Source: Candidatus Latescibacterota bacterium (GTDB lineage: Bacteria > Latescibacterota > UBA2968 > UBA8231). From it: a stretch of 64,000 nucleotides of DNA. Position 1 is the first letter of the stretch. Each line of letters opens with the position of its first letter. The notes under the pieces are model-generated. The model was not told where the DNA came from, did not search any database, and saw nothing but the letters and a program-made list of their open reading frames with translations. The DNA is taken from NCBI GenBank assembly GCA_965242865.1, contig CBDETK010000013.1, forward strand, positions 3,072,001 to 3,136,000, written 5' to 3'. Position numbers and translations under genes: made by a program. Positions 23,891 through 32,925 of this stretch are shown here, piece after piece.

Positions 23891-24556
23891 GTGAAATCAC
23901 TTGCCCTCCTGAGCTTTTGCGGCCTCCTCGCCTTGAGTGCCTGCAGCAACCCCTTTGGAGCTAAACAGCAAAAACGCGACGACATAGAGCCGGGGCGCCC
24001 CCCCGCCCCCGCGGCCACAACGCCCGAGCAGCTCATGGACAACCTCGACCGCGCCATGGAAACTCGCGACAAGGAGCTCTACGAGAGCTTGCTCGACCAA
24101 GACTTCTTGTTTACCGAGAAAAATTGTCTCCTCGAAGTGGCGTACTTCAACAACTTGGAGGAAGAACTGGCAATCATGGGCGGCAGCCGCGATGGGTCCC
24201 GGCCGGGTATTTTCGACATCTATCGCAATTTTAGTTACGACTTTGAGCAGATTCGCCGCGTTCAAGAACTTGGGGCCGAATACCCGGAAGCCTTTGACGG
24301 CGATCCCGACGGCCACCCAGACGAAGACTGGGAGGTCTTCTACGGCCGGGTGCAGATGACCTTGGTCGACGATAATGGCGATGGCTTCCGCGTGGATCAG
24401 AACATGACCTACAAGCTCCGCCTCGACCCAGAAAAGAACCTGTGGAAGATCGTCCGCTGGGAGAACGATGCCTTGACCGGCTCCTGCGGCGAGGCCGGCA
24501 AGCCCTTGGCAACCGCCTTTAGCTGGGCGGCACTAAAGCAGCAAGTCGCGCCCTGA
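23891..24556 (+). CDS. Hypothetical lipoprotein, probable paralogue of the upstream gene
   Basis: GTG start; LALSAC lipobox then SNPF; TPEQLMDNL...LLDQDFLF; WKIVRW; ends SWAALKQQVAP. Confidence 0.75.
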   Translation: MKSLALLSFCGLLALSACSNPFGAKQQKRDDIEPGRPPAPAATTPEQLMDNLDRAMETRDKELYESLLDQDFLFTEKNCLLEVAYFNNLEEELAIMGGSRDGSRPGIFDIYRNFSYDFEQIRRVQELGAEYPEAFDGDPDGHPDEDWEVFYGRVQMTLVDDNGDGFRVDQNMTYKLRLDPEKNLWKIVRWENDALTGSCGEAGKPLATAFSWAALKQQVAP

Positions 24557-24560
24557 GCCG

Positions 24561-25673
24561 ATGGGCAAACGCTTGGCCAAGCGCCAGCGCCATCCCGGCT
24601 GGCACTTGGCCTTGGGGGGTTTGTTGCTGACCAGCACCATCGCCTTTTTGCTCTATACGCCCGCGCCGGAACCAGCCAGCGACTTACCCATCATCGCGCC
24701 AGCCCCCGCGCCCGCACCCGCCCCAGCAGCCGACGCCAGCCAGCTAGCCGACGCGCTCTACGCTGGCATCGACAGCACCTTGGCCGATTTGGGCCTCTGG
24801 CCGGCGCTCTATTCCAAGAGCCGCGACCGCATTGAGGTCGGCGTCCCCGCCGACTTGCCCCTAGCCGAGGTGAACTTGCGGATCGCGCACTTTGTCCAGC
24901 GGCTCGGCGGCCAAGTCCTCAGTGCCCGCGAGCGGCAAGGGCGCGTCGAAATCCGCTGCGGCTTGGGCGAGGTGCAGACGACCCTCTTTAGCCTCGCTGC
25001 GGTAGCCGAGAGCCGCCGCACCGGCAACATTGCCATTGTCATTGACGACTTTGCCGACGGCCAGATCGCCGCGCACTTCTGCGCCATACCGCAGACCCTG
25101 ACCTTTTCGCTCTTGCCCGGCCCCGGCCCCGCCCACGCCCTCGCCGACCGGGTACACACCAACGGCCACGAGGTGTTAGTCCACCTGCCGATGGAACCCC
25201 GAGGGGGGGCATTTCCCGGGGTGAACGCCATTTTCGTGGACCTCAACGACGCGGAAATCCGCCGCCGAGTGCGCCGCGCCTTGCAGCGCGTACCCCACGC
25301 CCGGGGAGCCAACAACCACATGGGATCCAAGGCCACGGCCGACGAGCGAGTGATGCGCTTGGTGCTCTCCGAGCTAAAGGACCGCAACCTGCTCTTCCTC
25401 GACAGCCGCACCACGGCCTCGTCCGTCGCCTATCAACTAGCGGTAGATATGGATATTAGAGCCGTTAATCGCGACCTCTTTATCGACGAGGTCGCCGACG
25501 CCCAAACCATTCGGGCTAAGCTCTGGGAACTCGCCGCGCTCGCGGCTCAGTCGGGCCAAGCCATCGGCGTGGGGCACAACCGCCGAGAAACGCTCGTCGC
25601 TCTGTTGGCTGCGCTGCCCCAGCTAGAGCGCCGCGGCTTTCGCTTCGTCCCCGTCTCCCGGCTGCTGCCATGA
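24561..25673 (+). CDS. Divergent polysaccharide deacetylase (YibQ-like)
   Basis: IAIVIDD, HLPMEP, NNHMGS, FLDSRT, RDLFID, IGVGH; N-terminal TM helix and Ala-Pro linker. Confidence 0.92.
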   Translation: MGKRLAKRQRHPGWHLALGGLLLTSTIAFLLYTPAPEPASDLPIIAPAPAPAPAPAADASQLADALYAGIDSTLADLGLWPALYSKSRDRIEVGVPADLPLAEVNLRIAHFVQRLGGQVLSARERQGRVEIRCGLGEVQTTLFSLAAVAESRRTGNIAIVIDDFADGQIAAHFCAIPQTLTFSLLPGPGPAHALADRVHTNGHEVLVHLPMEPRGGAFPGVNAIFVDLNDAEIRRRVRRALQRVPHARGANNHMGSKATADERVMRLVLSELKDRNLLFLDSRTTASSVAYQLAVDMDIRAVNRDLFIDEVADAQTIRAKLWELAALAAQSGQAIGVGHNRRETLVALLAALPQLERRGFRFVPVSRLLP

Positions 25674-26815
25674 GCCCCGCGCCCTTCCACTTTGAGCTCG
25701 TCGCCCAAGACGCTGCAACCGGAGCGCGGGCGGGCGTCCTCCACACGCCCCACGGCGCCGTCCACACGCCGGTCTTTATGCCCGTCGGCACCCAAGCCAC
25801 AGTCAAGACCCTCGACCAACAGGACCTAATCGCCGCCCAAGCGCAGATCATCCTCGGCAACGCCTACCACCTCTACCTGCGCCCCGGTCACCAACTCATC
25901 GACCGGCTGGGAGGACTCCACTCCTTTATGAGCTGGCCCAAGCCGATCCTCACCGACAGCGGCGGCTTCCAAGTCTTCAGCCTCAGCGACCGCAACGAGG
26001 TCACCGCCGATGGCGTGCGCTTCCAATCGCACTTGGACGGCTCTCACCACTTCTTCACCCCTGAGAAGGTCATGGAAATTGAGCATGGGCTCGGCGCCGA
26101 CATTATCATGGCTTTCGACGAATGCACGCCGTATCCCTGTGAGCGCACCTACGCGCAAGAGTCCATGCAGCGGACCGTGCGCTGGGCCGAGCGCTGCCTG
26201 AGCCGCCACCGAGAATTGGCGGCCGAGCGCGTCCACCGCCCCCCCCAAGCACTCTTTGGCATTGTCCAAGGCAGCGTCTATCCCGATTTGCGCCGCGAGT
26301 GCGCCCAAGCACTCGTGCAACTCAACCTGCCCGGCTATGCCATTGGCGGCCTAGCCGTAGGCGAGCCGCACGAGGACCTGTTCGCGGTTGTGCGCCAGAC
26401 TACCCCCCACCTGCCCACGGAAAAACCGCGCTACCTGATGGGCGTGGGCCTGCCGCACGACTTGGTCGAGGCCGTTGCGGCCGGCGTCGATATGTTTGAC
26501 TGCGTGGTCCCCACCCGCAATGCGCGCAATGGCACGGCCTTTACCCGCCGGGGCCGCCTGCGCCTCAAAAACGCCAGCCACGCCCAAGACCCCCAACCGC
26601 TCGCCGCGGATTGCGCTTGCGCCACGTGCCGTCACTACAGCCGGGCGTACTTGCGCCATCTCTTCCAGACCAACGAAGTGCTCGGCCCGCGCCTAGCCAC
26701 CTTCCACAACGTCTTTTTCTTTCAGCAGCTAATGAGCGAGATGCGCGACGCGATTCTCCGCGGGCACTTTGCGGCCTATCAGGCGGAATTTCTCGCCGGC
26801 TACCAAAGCCGCTAA
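25670..26815 (+). CDS. tgt: tRNA-guanine transglycosylase
   Basis: TPVFMPVGT, LTDSGGFQVFS, GIVQG, DMFDCV, CACATC Zn site. Confidence 0.98.
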   Translation: MSPAPFHFELVAQDAATGARAGVLHTPHGAVHTPVFMPVGTQATVKTLDQQDLIAAQAQIILGNAYHLYLRPGHQLIDRLGGLHSFMSWPKPILTDSGGFQVFSLSDRNEVTADGVRFQSHLDGSHHFFTPEKVMEIEHGLGADIIMAFDECTPYPCERTYAQESMQRTVRWAERCLSRHRELAAERVHRPPQALFGIVQGSVYPDLRRECAQALVQLNLPGYAIGGLAVGEPHEDLFAVVRQTTPHLPTEKPRYLMGVGLPHDLVEAVAAGVDMFDCVVPTRNARNGTAFTRRGRLRLKNASHAQDPQPLAADCACATCRHYSRAYLRHLFQTNEVLGPRLATFHNVFFFQQLMSEMRDAILRGHFAAYQAEFLAGYQSR

Positions 26816-26825
26816 GCGGACCGGC

Positions 26826-27389
26826 TCAGGCCGCTCGATCGCAGGGGGCGCATACTAGGGCGAATCGCCGCGCTCCGCCCATGTCGAGTTCGGTCGCAAA
26901 ATCCCGCTTGACTGGCACTTGCCGCGCTCCGCAGAAATCGCACTTGCCGCGCTCGGCATATTCGGGAATTGCCGCGCTCTCAAACTCGATCTGTTTGCGC
27001 TTGGCGCGCCCTTGGGAAAACAGCCGGGCAAAATTGAGCACTTGCTTGTCGGTCTCGCGCTCTAAGGTCCGCTCTATGATCGCGTCGAGCGCGGGGTCGT
27101 CGGGCTTACCGCCGTCTTCGAGCGTGTGCCAAGCGGCGCGGCGCACCCGCGCATCTTGGTCTTCGAGCATCCGATAGAGCGCCTTCCAGACCGCGCCGAT
27201 GCTCTGACGCACATGGCAGGGGCACAAAAAGGACGCGGCCTGCAGGCGATCGGCTGGGTCGGCGCTGCGCGACATCTGCAACAGCTCTTGAATCTCTTCG
27301 CGCCCCACGCGCAGCTCGCCTCGGCGGAACGCCGCCCGCTGATGCTTGTTTAGGCCCTTGGGCCGCGCCTTGGGTCGTTTTCTGCTCAT
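26826..27389 (-). CDS. HEAT-repeat protein with CPCH motif and C-terminal C4 zinc-ribbon-like motif
   Basis: GAGGAGG RBS; DPADRLQAASFLCPCH; LEDQDARVRRAAWHTL; CDFC...CAPC. Confidence 0.75.
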   Translation of the reverse strand: MSRKRPKARPKGLNKHQRAAFRRGELRVGREEIQELLQMSRSADPADRLQAASFLCPCHVRQSIGAVWKALYRMLEDQDARVRRAAWHTLEDGGKPDDPALDAIIERTLERETDKQVLNFARLFSQGRAKRKQIEFESAAIPEYAERGKCDFCGARQVPVKRDFATELDMGGARRFALVCAPCDRAA

Positions 27390-27572
27390 GTCCAATCCTC
27401 CTCAGTTCCATCTTAATGACGCCCCTGCTGCAATGTCAACGGGTTTGACAAAGGCGTTCCCGCCTCGTACTCTGAACGCCTTACCCTCGATCCCGGACGC
27501 AACGGGAACACCAAAAAAGGCGGCCTCAAAGCAAGGGTCGCGTACTTAGATTCTACGGAAAGGAATTGCTCC

Positions 27573-27920
27573 GTGTTCGATTTCATCGCCACTGCCTACG
27601 CTATGGGCGGCGCACCCGCCGAAGGCGGCGAACAGCCCAACGCCATCGTCCAGTTCCTCCCCTTTGTGCTGATGTTCTTGGTTCTCTACCTCTTGATATT
27701 GAGGCCGCAGATGAAAAAACAGCGGAACCAACAGCGGATGATCGACGAACTCGAAAAAAACGATAAAATCGTCACCAGCGGCGGAATTCACGGCACCATT
27801 CTCAACATCAAAGACGATATCCTCGTGGTCAAAATCGCCGACAACGTCAAGATCGAGATCTCGCGAGCGGCCGTTTCGCGCGTAAAAAACAAAGAAGACG
27901 CCGGCGGCAAGGGGAAGTAG
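27573..27920 (+). CDS. yajC: Preprotein translocase subunit YajC
   Basis: YLLILRPQMK, DKIVTSGGIHGTI. Confidence 0.96.
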   Translation: MFDFIATAYAMGGAPAEGGEQPNAIVQFLPFVLMFLVLYLLILRPQMKKQRNQQRMIDELEKNDKIVTSGGIHGTILNIKDDILVVKIADNVKIEISRAAVSRVKNKEDAGGKGK

Positions 27921-28837
27921 TGCGGCTCGTGTTTATGGGAACCCCTCGCTTTGCGGTTCCCTCCTTAACAGCCCTCGCCCAGAGCCGCCACCAGATCAGC
28001 GCCGTAGTCGCGAATCCCGACCGACCCCAAGGGCGAGGGCGTCGGCTTGCCAGCCCGCCGGTCAAAGAACAAGCACTAAAGCTCGGATTGGAAGTCCTGC
28101 AACCGGCCTCGGTCAAAGACCCCGCGCTAGCCGCAGCACTGGCCGCCCGAGCGCCCGACCTCTTGGTCGTCGTCGCCTTTTCAATCCTGCCCCGTCGCCT
28201 ACTCGCCATTCCTCGCCTCGGCTCAATCAATCTGCACCCCTCGCTCTTGCCAGCGTATCGCGGCGCGGCCCCCATTATCTGGGCGGTCGCCAACGGCGAG
28301 CAGGAGACCGGCATCACCACGTTCCAACTCAGCCCGCGCATGGACGCGGGGCATATCTTGCTCCAGCGCCGCTTTGCCATCGGCTGCGATGAGACAGCCG
28401 GTGAGCTGGAGGCCCGCTTGGGCGTGGCGGGTGCTCAGATGGTCGTGGAGACCGTGGATGGGCTAGCAGACGGCCGCCTCACCGGACGGCCCCAAAGCGC
28501 GGAGGGCGTCAGCTATGCCCCCAAGCTGACCAAAGAGGACAGCCGGATCGACTGGCGCCAACCAGCCGAGCGGGTCCGCAACCTCGTCCGCAGCATGAAT
28601 CCCGCGCCCGGGGCCTATACCCACTGGCAGGGCAAAACGCTCAAAGTACACCGGACTCAACGCGCTGCGGGCGGCGGTGCGCCCGGCACCGTACTCTGCG
28701 CCGATGGCCGCCGAGGTTTAACCGTGGCCTGCGGCGAGGGTGCCCTCCAACTAACCCAAGTACAACCGGCGGGCCGAGCCGCCATGGAAGGGACGGCCTT
28801 TGTACGGGGCTACCCGATTGTGGCTCGGCTGGGCTAG
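27920..28837 (+). CDS. fmt: Methionyl-tRNA formyltransferase
   Basis: VFMGTPRFA, INLHPSLLPAYRGAAPI, MDAG, YAPKL. Confidence 0.97.
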   Translation: MRLVFMGTPRFAVPSLTALAQSRHQISAVVANPDRPQGRGRRLASPPVKEQALKLGLEVLQPASVKDPALAAALAARAPDLLVVVAFSILPRRLLAIPRLGSINLHPSLLPAYRGAAPIIWAVANGEQETGITTFQLSPRMDAGHILLQRRFAIGCDETAGELEARLGVAGAQMVVETVDGLADGRLTGRPQSAEGVSYAPKLTKEDSRIDWRQPAERVRNLVRSMNPAPGAYTHWQGKTLKVHRTQRAAGGGAPGTVLCADGRRGLTVACGEGALQLTQVQPAGRAAMEGTAFVRGYPIVARLG

Positions 28838-29258
28838 CCTGCTCCTCGTCCTGTTCGCCGGGCGACCGGCCGCCGCGACCGAGGCCGCGACCGATTCGAC
28901 TCGCACCGACGCGCAGCCTTCGGCGCAAGGCGCGCTCCTGCGCTCGGCCGTGTTGCCCGGCTGGGGACAGTTTTACAACGACCGCCCGGTCAAGGGGCTG
29001 TTTTTCGGTGCGGCTAGCGCGACCGCCCTCGCCGCGGTGGTGGTCGAACAGCACCGCATCCGCCCCTCGCGTACGCCCGAGCAACACCAAGCCCACATCA
29101 GCCGCCGCAACAGCCGCCTGCTCTATTTCGCGCTCTCGGTCGCCTTGGCCGCGACCGACGCCTATGTCGATGCCCACCTCGCAAACTTTGGGGCCGAGGT
29201 GCAAGTGGAGCTGCGACACCGCGCCGCGTGGCTCAGCCTGAAAGCAGCCGTGCCGTAG
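28800..29258 (+). CDS. DUF5683-like membrane protein (start uncertain)
   Basis: LRSAVLPGWGQFYN and DAYVDAHL motifs. Confidence 0.75.
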   Translation: MYGATRLWLGWASLLLVLFAGRPAAATEAATDSTRTDAQPSAQGALLRSAVLPGWGQFYNDRPVKGLFFGAASATALAAVVVEQHRIRPSRTPEQHQAHISRRNSRLLYFALSVALAATDAYVDAHLANFGAEVQVELRHRAAWLSLKAAVP

Positions 29259-29318
29259 GTGGCTGGCCTCCACTCCTTGACGATGTAGAGGCAGATTGCT
29301 TATCTTCTTTGCTCTTGT

Positions 29319-29394
29319 GGGGCTGTAGCTCAGTTGGGAGAGCGCCTGAATGGCATTCAGGAGGTCAGGGGTTCGATTCCCCTCAGCTCCACCA
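29319..29394 (+). tRNA. tRNA-Ala (GGC)
   Basis: GGGGCTGTAGCTCAGTTGGGAGAGCGCCTGAATGGCATTCAGGAGGTCAGGGGTTCGATTCCCCTCAGCTCCACCA; cloverleaf, G3-U70 pair, encoded CCA. Confidence 0.98.
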
Positions 29395-29413
29395 TGATAA
29401 GCGGTCAGGTAGC

Positions 29414-29450
29414 AAAGGGTTTACGACATGCCGTCGCAGACCCTTTTTTT
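29414..29450 (+). terminator. Intrinsic terminator after tRNA-Ala
   Basis: AAAGGGTTTACGAC-ATGCC-GTCGCAGACCC hairpin followed by T7. Confidence 0.75.
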
Positions 29451-29526
29451 CGGATTGCCCTACTGCGGACATGCCCGGCCTCGGCTGTTTTCGCTGAAAC
29501 TTCTCTAATAGCACCTTAAAAACGGA

Positions 29527-32500
29527 ATGGATTCGGCCCATTCACTCGATCCCATCGTTCGCCTAACCGCGCAGACGCATAGCTTCAAAGAGGTCTCGGC
29601 CCGGCTTGCGAATGGCGAGCAACCCATCCTGTTCCACGGGTTGCCCACAACCCTCGCCGCGTTTCTCGCCAGTCACCTTCGCACGGCCTTTGAACGCCCG
29701 GTCCTCATCGTCGCGGCCGACGAAGACCGCGCCGAGCAGTGGCGCGACGACCTCCAAGTCATTGCGGGCGAGCAGATGGTCTATTACTTCCCCGCTTGGG
29801 ACACTGGCATCTACGACCGGCAGTCCCCGGACCTCGAAATCACCAGCTTGCGCGTGGCCGTGGCCGACCGGCTCATGCGCGGCGGACCGGCCCTTGTCGT
29901 CGCCCCGGCCTCGGCTCTGCTCGAGCCGCTCATTCCGCCCCATGCCCTCGAATTGGGCACTGAGCTCCTCAAGGTAGGGGAGGAACGCGATCTCGACGCC
30001 CTCTGCTCGCACTGGGTCGCCTGTGGCTTTGATCGCGTCGCGGCCATCGACGGCATCGGTCAGTTCAGCCTGCGCGGCGGCATCCTCGACATATACCCTT
30101 TCGGGGTTGAGCACCCCTACCGCTGCGAGTTCTTCGGCGATGAAATCGAATCCATCCGCCACTTTGACGTCAGCACTCAGCGCTCGCTGAGCACCTGCGA
30201 AGAGGCTTGGGTGCTGCCGGCGTGCGAGGTGCTGCTCGATTCCCCGTTTTACGAAGACTATCTCCAGCGGATTGAGGCCGCGGGCGCGGCCAAAGCCCTC
30301 GCTCCGCTAAAAGACCAGTTGGAGTTCGGCGAGTCGCTCGACGGCATTGAGTGCTACATCTCCGTACTTTACGGCCGCGACGCCGGGCTTTTCGAATACC
30401 TCAAAGAGCCGGTGCTCTTTTTGGAGGAACGCGAGGACCTCGCCGCGGCCCTCGACAAGGCCCTAGCAAAGCCGCGCCAAGAATACGAACGGGCGCGGTC
30501 AAAAGAAGCGCGGCTGCCTCCGTCAGCACTCCTGCGCGACCGGGATTGGCTCCTCGCGCAGCTCGACAACCACCCCCGGCTCGAGCCAGCCCCCTTGGGC
30601 CAGCTCGCCGACGCCATCCGCTTTGAAGCCACCAAGCCGCGCATCTTTGCCGGCGAGCGCGCCCTCCTCCAGCGGGAAATGGACCGACTCGCCACTGAGT
30701 CCTACGCCATCCACATCCGCTGCGAGACCCAAGGACAGGCGAGCCGCTTGCGAGAAATTTTCGCCGATTGCCACGAGATCCACTTAGGGCTTGGCTCGCT
30801 ACATCAGGGGTTCGTCTTTCCGCAAGCCCAGCTAGCCCTGCTCAACGACCACGAAATCTTCAGCCGCCAGAAGCGCCGCTACCGCTACCGTCGGTTCCGC
30901 TCGGCCAAGTCCATCGCCAACTACGGCGCCTTGCAGCGCGGCGATTTCGTCGTTCACATCGACCACGGCATTGGCCGCTACTCGGGCATCCGCCGCCTGC
31001 GAATCAGCGGACGCGAGCACGATTGCCTCGTGGTGGCCTATCAGGACCAAGACCGCGTCTTTGTCCCGGTCGAACAGCTCGACCGCTTGCGCAAGTACTC
31101 CAGCGCCGACGGCGAGATACCCCTGCTCAACAAGCTGGGCAGTGCTGCGTGGGAAAAACTCAAGGAGCGCACGCGCAAAGAGATCTTCAAAATGGCCAGC
31201 GAGCTGGTGCATCTCTACGCCGAGCGCAAGGCAAGGCCCGGCTTTGTGTTCTCGGCCGATGGTGCGCTGCACCGCGAGTTGGAGGCGGCCTTTCCCTTCC
31301 AAGAGACGCCCGACCAGTTGCGCACCATGGAAGAGGTCAAAAAGGACATGGAAACGCCGCACCCGATGGATCGCTTAGTCTGCGGCGACGTGGGCTATGG
31401 CAAGACCGAAATCGCCGTGCGCGCGGCCTTCAAGGCCGTCTGCGACCACAAGCAGACGGCCGTGCTGGTGCCCACCACCATTCTCGCCGAGCAGCACCAC
31501 CAGACCTTTTCGGAGCGCATGGGGCACACCCCGGCGCGCGTCGAGGTGCTCAGCCGCTTCCGCTCGCCCAAGGAGCAGCAGCAGATCCTCCGCGACGTCA
31601 AAAACGGCCAAGTCGATGTGCTCATCGGCACCCACCGCATCCTCTCCAAGGACATTCGCTTCCGCGACTTAGGGCTGCTGGTCGTCGATGAGGAGCAGCG
31701 CTTTGGGGTCCGCCACAAGGAACGGCTCAAGCAACTAAAGCGACTCGTCGATGTGCTGACCCTGACGGCGACCCCAATTCCGCGCACCTTGCACATGTCG
31801 ATGATGGGCGCTCGGGACATGTCGGTGATCAACACCCCGCCGCAGGACCGCCTGCCCATTCACACCGAGATACTCGCTTTTGACGAGGCCCGCATTGCCG
31901 AGGCCATCCACCGCGAGGTCGAGCGCGGCGGTCAAGTCTATTTCGTCCACAACCGAGTGCAGTCGATTCAGCGGCTCGCGGAATATCTGCAAGACCTCCT
32001 GCCCCAGGTGCGCTTCGGCGTGGCCCACGGGCAGATGCCCCCTAGGCCGCTAGAAAAGGTCATGGTCGATTTCTTGGAACGGAAGTACGACTGTTTAGTC
32101 TGCACCATGATCATTGAATCCGGTATCGACATCCCTTCGGTCAACACCATCATCGTCAACCGCGCCGACGCGCTGGGCCTGAGCCAGCTCTACCAAATCC
32201 GAGGCCGGGTCGGCCGCTCCAACGAGCGCGCTTACGCCTATTTGCTGGTGCCCAAGGGCAAGAAACTGACCAAGAAGAGCCGCCTGCGCCTGCGCGCCAT
32301 CGAGGAATTTGCCGACTTAGGGTCTGGCTTCAACATCGCCATGCGCGATCTAGAAATCCGCGGCGCCGGCAATCTAGTGGGGGCGCAGCAACACGGATTT
32401 ATCGCCGCGGTCGGCTTCGACCTCTACTGCCGCTTGCTCGACGAGGCCATGCGCGAAATCAAGGGCGAGTACGCCCCGGACAACCCCGAACCCGAGATAA

Positions 32501-32925
32501 AAATTGCGGTCTCGGCTTATATTCCAGATGAGTACCTGCGCGACCCGGACCAAAAGATGGAGTTCTACCAGCGCTTAGCCGACGCCGGCCGCATCGTCGA
32601 GTTGTTGGACATCCGCGAGGAGATGCAGGATCGCTTTGGACGCCTGCCCCAGCCCGCGCGCGCCCTAATGCACATCATGGAAATCAAGATCATGGCCCGC
32701 CAGCTCGGCCTCGAAAGCGTCCAGTTGGAGCAGAGCCGCTTTCGCCTCGCCTTTCTACCCACCAAGCCGATCGCACCGGCCGACATTCAGAAGATGGTGG
32801 AGCAGTGCTCCACCCGGCTCGACTTCGACTTGGGCGAGCAGCTCAGGGTTGAGGCCCGGGTGCCGGGCCGCGACGAGATAGAGCGTTTGGAAAAGGCGCA
32901 CACCATCTTGGAGGAAATCCTCTGA
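29527..32925 (+). CDS. mfd: Transcription-repair coupling factor
   Basis: RGGILDIYP, VVHIDHGIG, DRLVCGDVGYGKTE, DEEQRFG, TATPIPRTL, QIRGRVGRS, DLEIRGAGN. Confidence 0.99.
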   Translation: MDSAHSLDPIVRLTAQTHSFKEVSARLANGEQPILFHGLPTTLAAFLASHLRTAFERPVLIVAADEDRAEQWRDDLQVIAGEQMVYYFPAWDTGIYDRQSPDLEITSLRVAVADRLMRGGPALVVAPASALLEPLIPPHALELGTELLKVGEERDLDALCSHWVACGFDRVAAIDGIGQFSLRGGILDIYPFGVEHPYRCEFFGDEIESIRHFDVSTQRSLSTCEEAWVLPACEVLLDSPFYEDYLQRIEAAGAAKALAPLKDQLEFGESLDGIECYISVLYGRDAGLFEYLKEPVLFLEEREDLAAALDKALAKPRQEYERARSKEARLPPSALLRDRDWLLAQLDNHPRLEPAPLGQLADAIRFEATKPRIFAGERALLQREMDRLATESYAIHIRCETQGQASRLREIFADCHEIHLGLGSLHQGFVFPQAQLALLNDHEIFSRQKRRYRYRRFRSAKSIANYGALQRGDFVVHIDHGIGRYSGIRRLRISGREHDCLVVAYQDQDRVFVPVEQLDRLRKYSSADGEIPLLNKLGSAAWEKLKERTRKEIFKMASELVHLYAERKARPGFVFSADGALHRELEAAFPFQETPDQLRTMEEVKKDMETPHPMDRLVCGDVGYGKTEIAVRAAFKAVCDHKQTAVLVPTTILAEQHHQTFSERMGHTPARVEVLSRFRSPKEQQQILRDVKNGQVDVLIGTHRILSKDIRFRDLGLLVVDEEQRFGVRHKERLKQLKRLVDVLTLTATPIPRTLHMSMMGARDMSVINTPPQDRLPIHTEILAFDEARIAEAIHREVERGGQVYFVHNRVQSIQRLAEYLQDLLPQVRFGVAHGQMPPRPLEKVMVDFLERKYDCLVCTMIIESGIDIPSVNTIIVNRADALGLSQLYQIRGRVGRSNERAYAYLLVPKGKKLTKKSRLRLRAIEEFADLGSGFNIAMRDLEIRGAGNLVGAQQHGFIAAVGFDLYCRLLDEAMREIKGEYAPDNPEPEIKIAVSAYIPDEYLRDPDQKMEFYQRLADAGRIVELLDIREEMQDRFGRLPQPARALMHIMEIKIMARQLGLESVQLEQSRFRLAFLPTKPIAPADIQKMVEQCSTRLDFDLGEQLRVEARVPGRDEIERLEKAHTILEEIL

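Noticed and set aside
24696-24730. Tandem repeat in the deacetylase gene
   Set aside because: Encodes an Ala-Pro linker with degenerate codons; not a DNA-level repeat element.
29319-29526. tRNA-Ala as an integration site
   Set aside because: No integrase nearby, and I saw no duplicated tRNA 3' end in the window.
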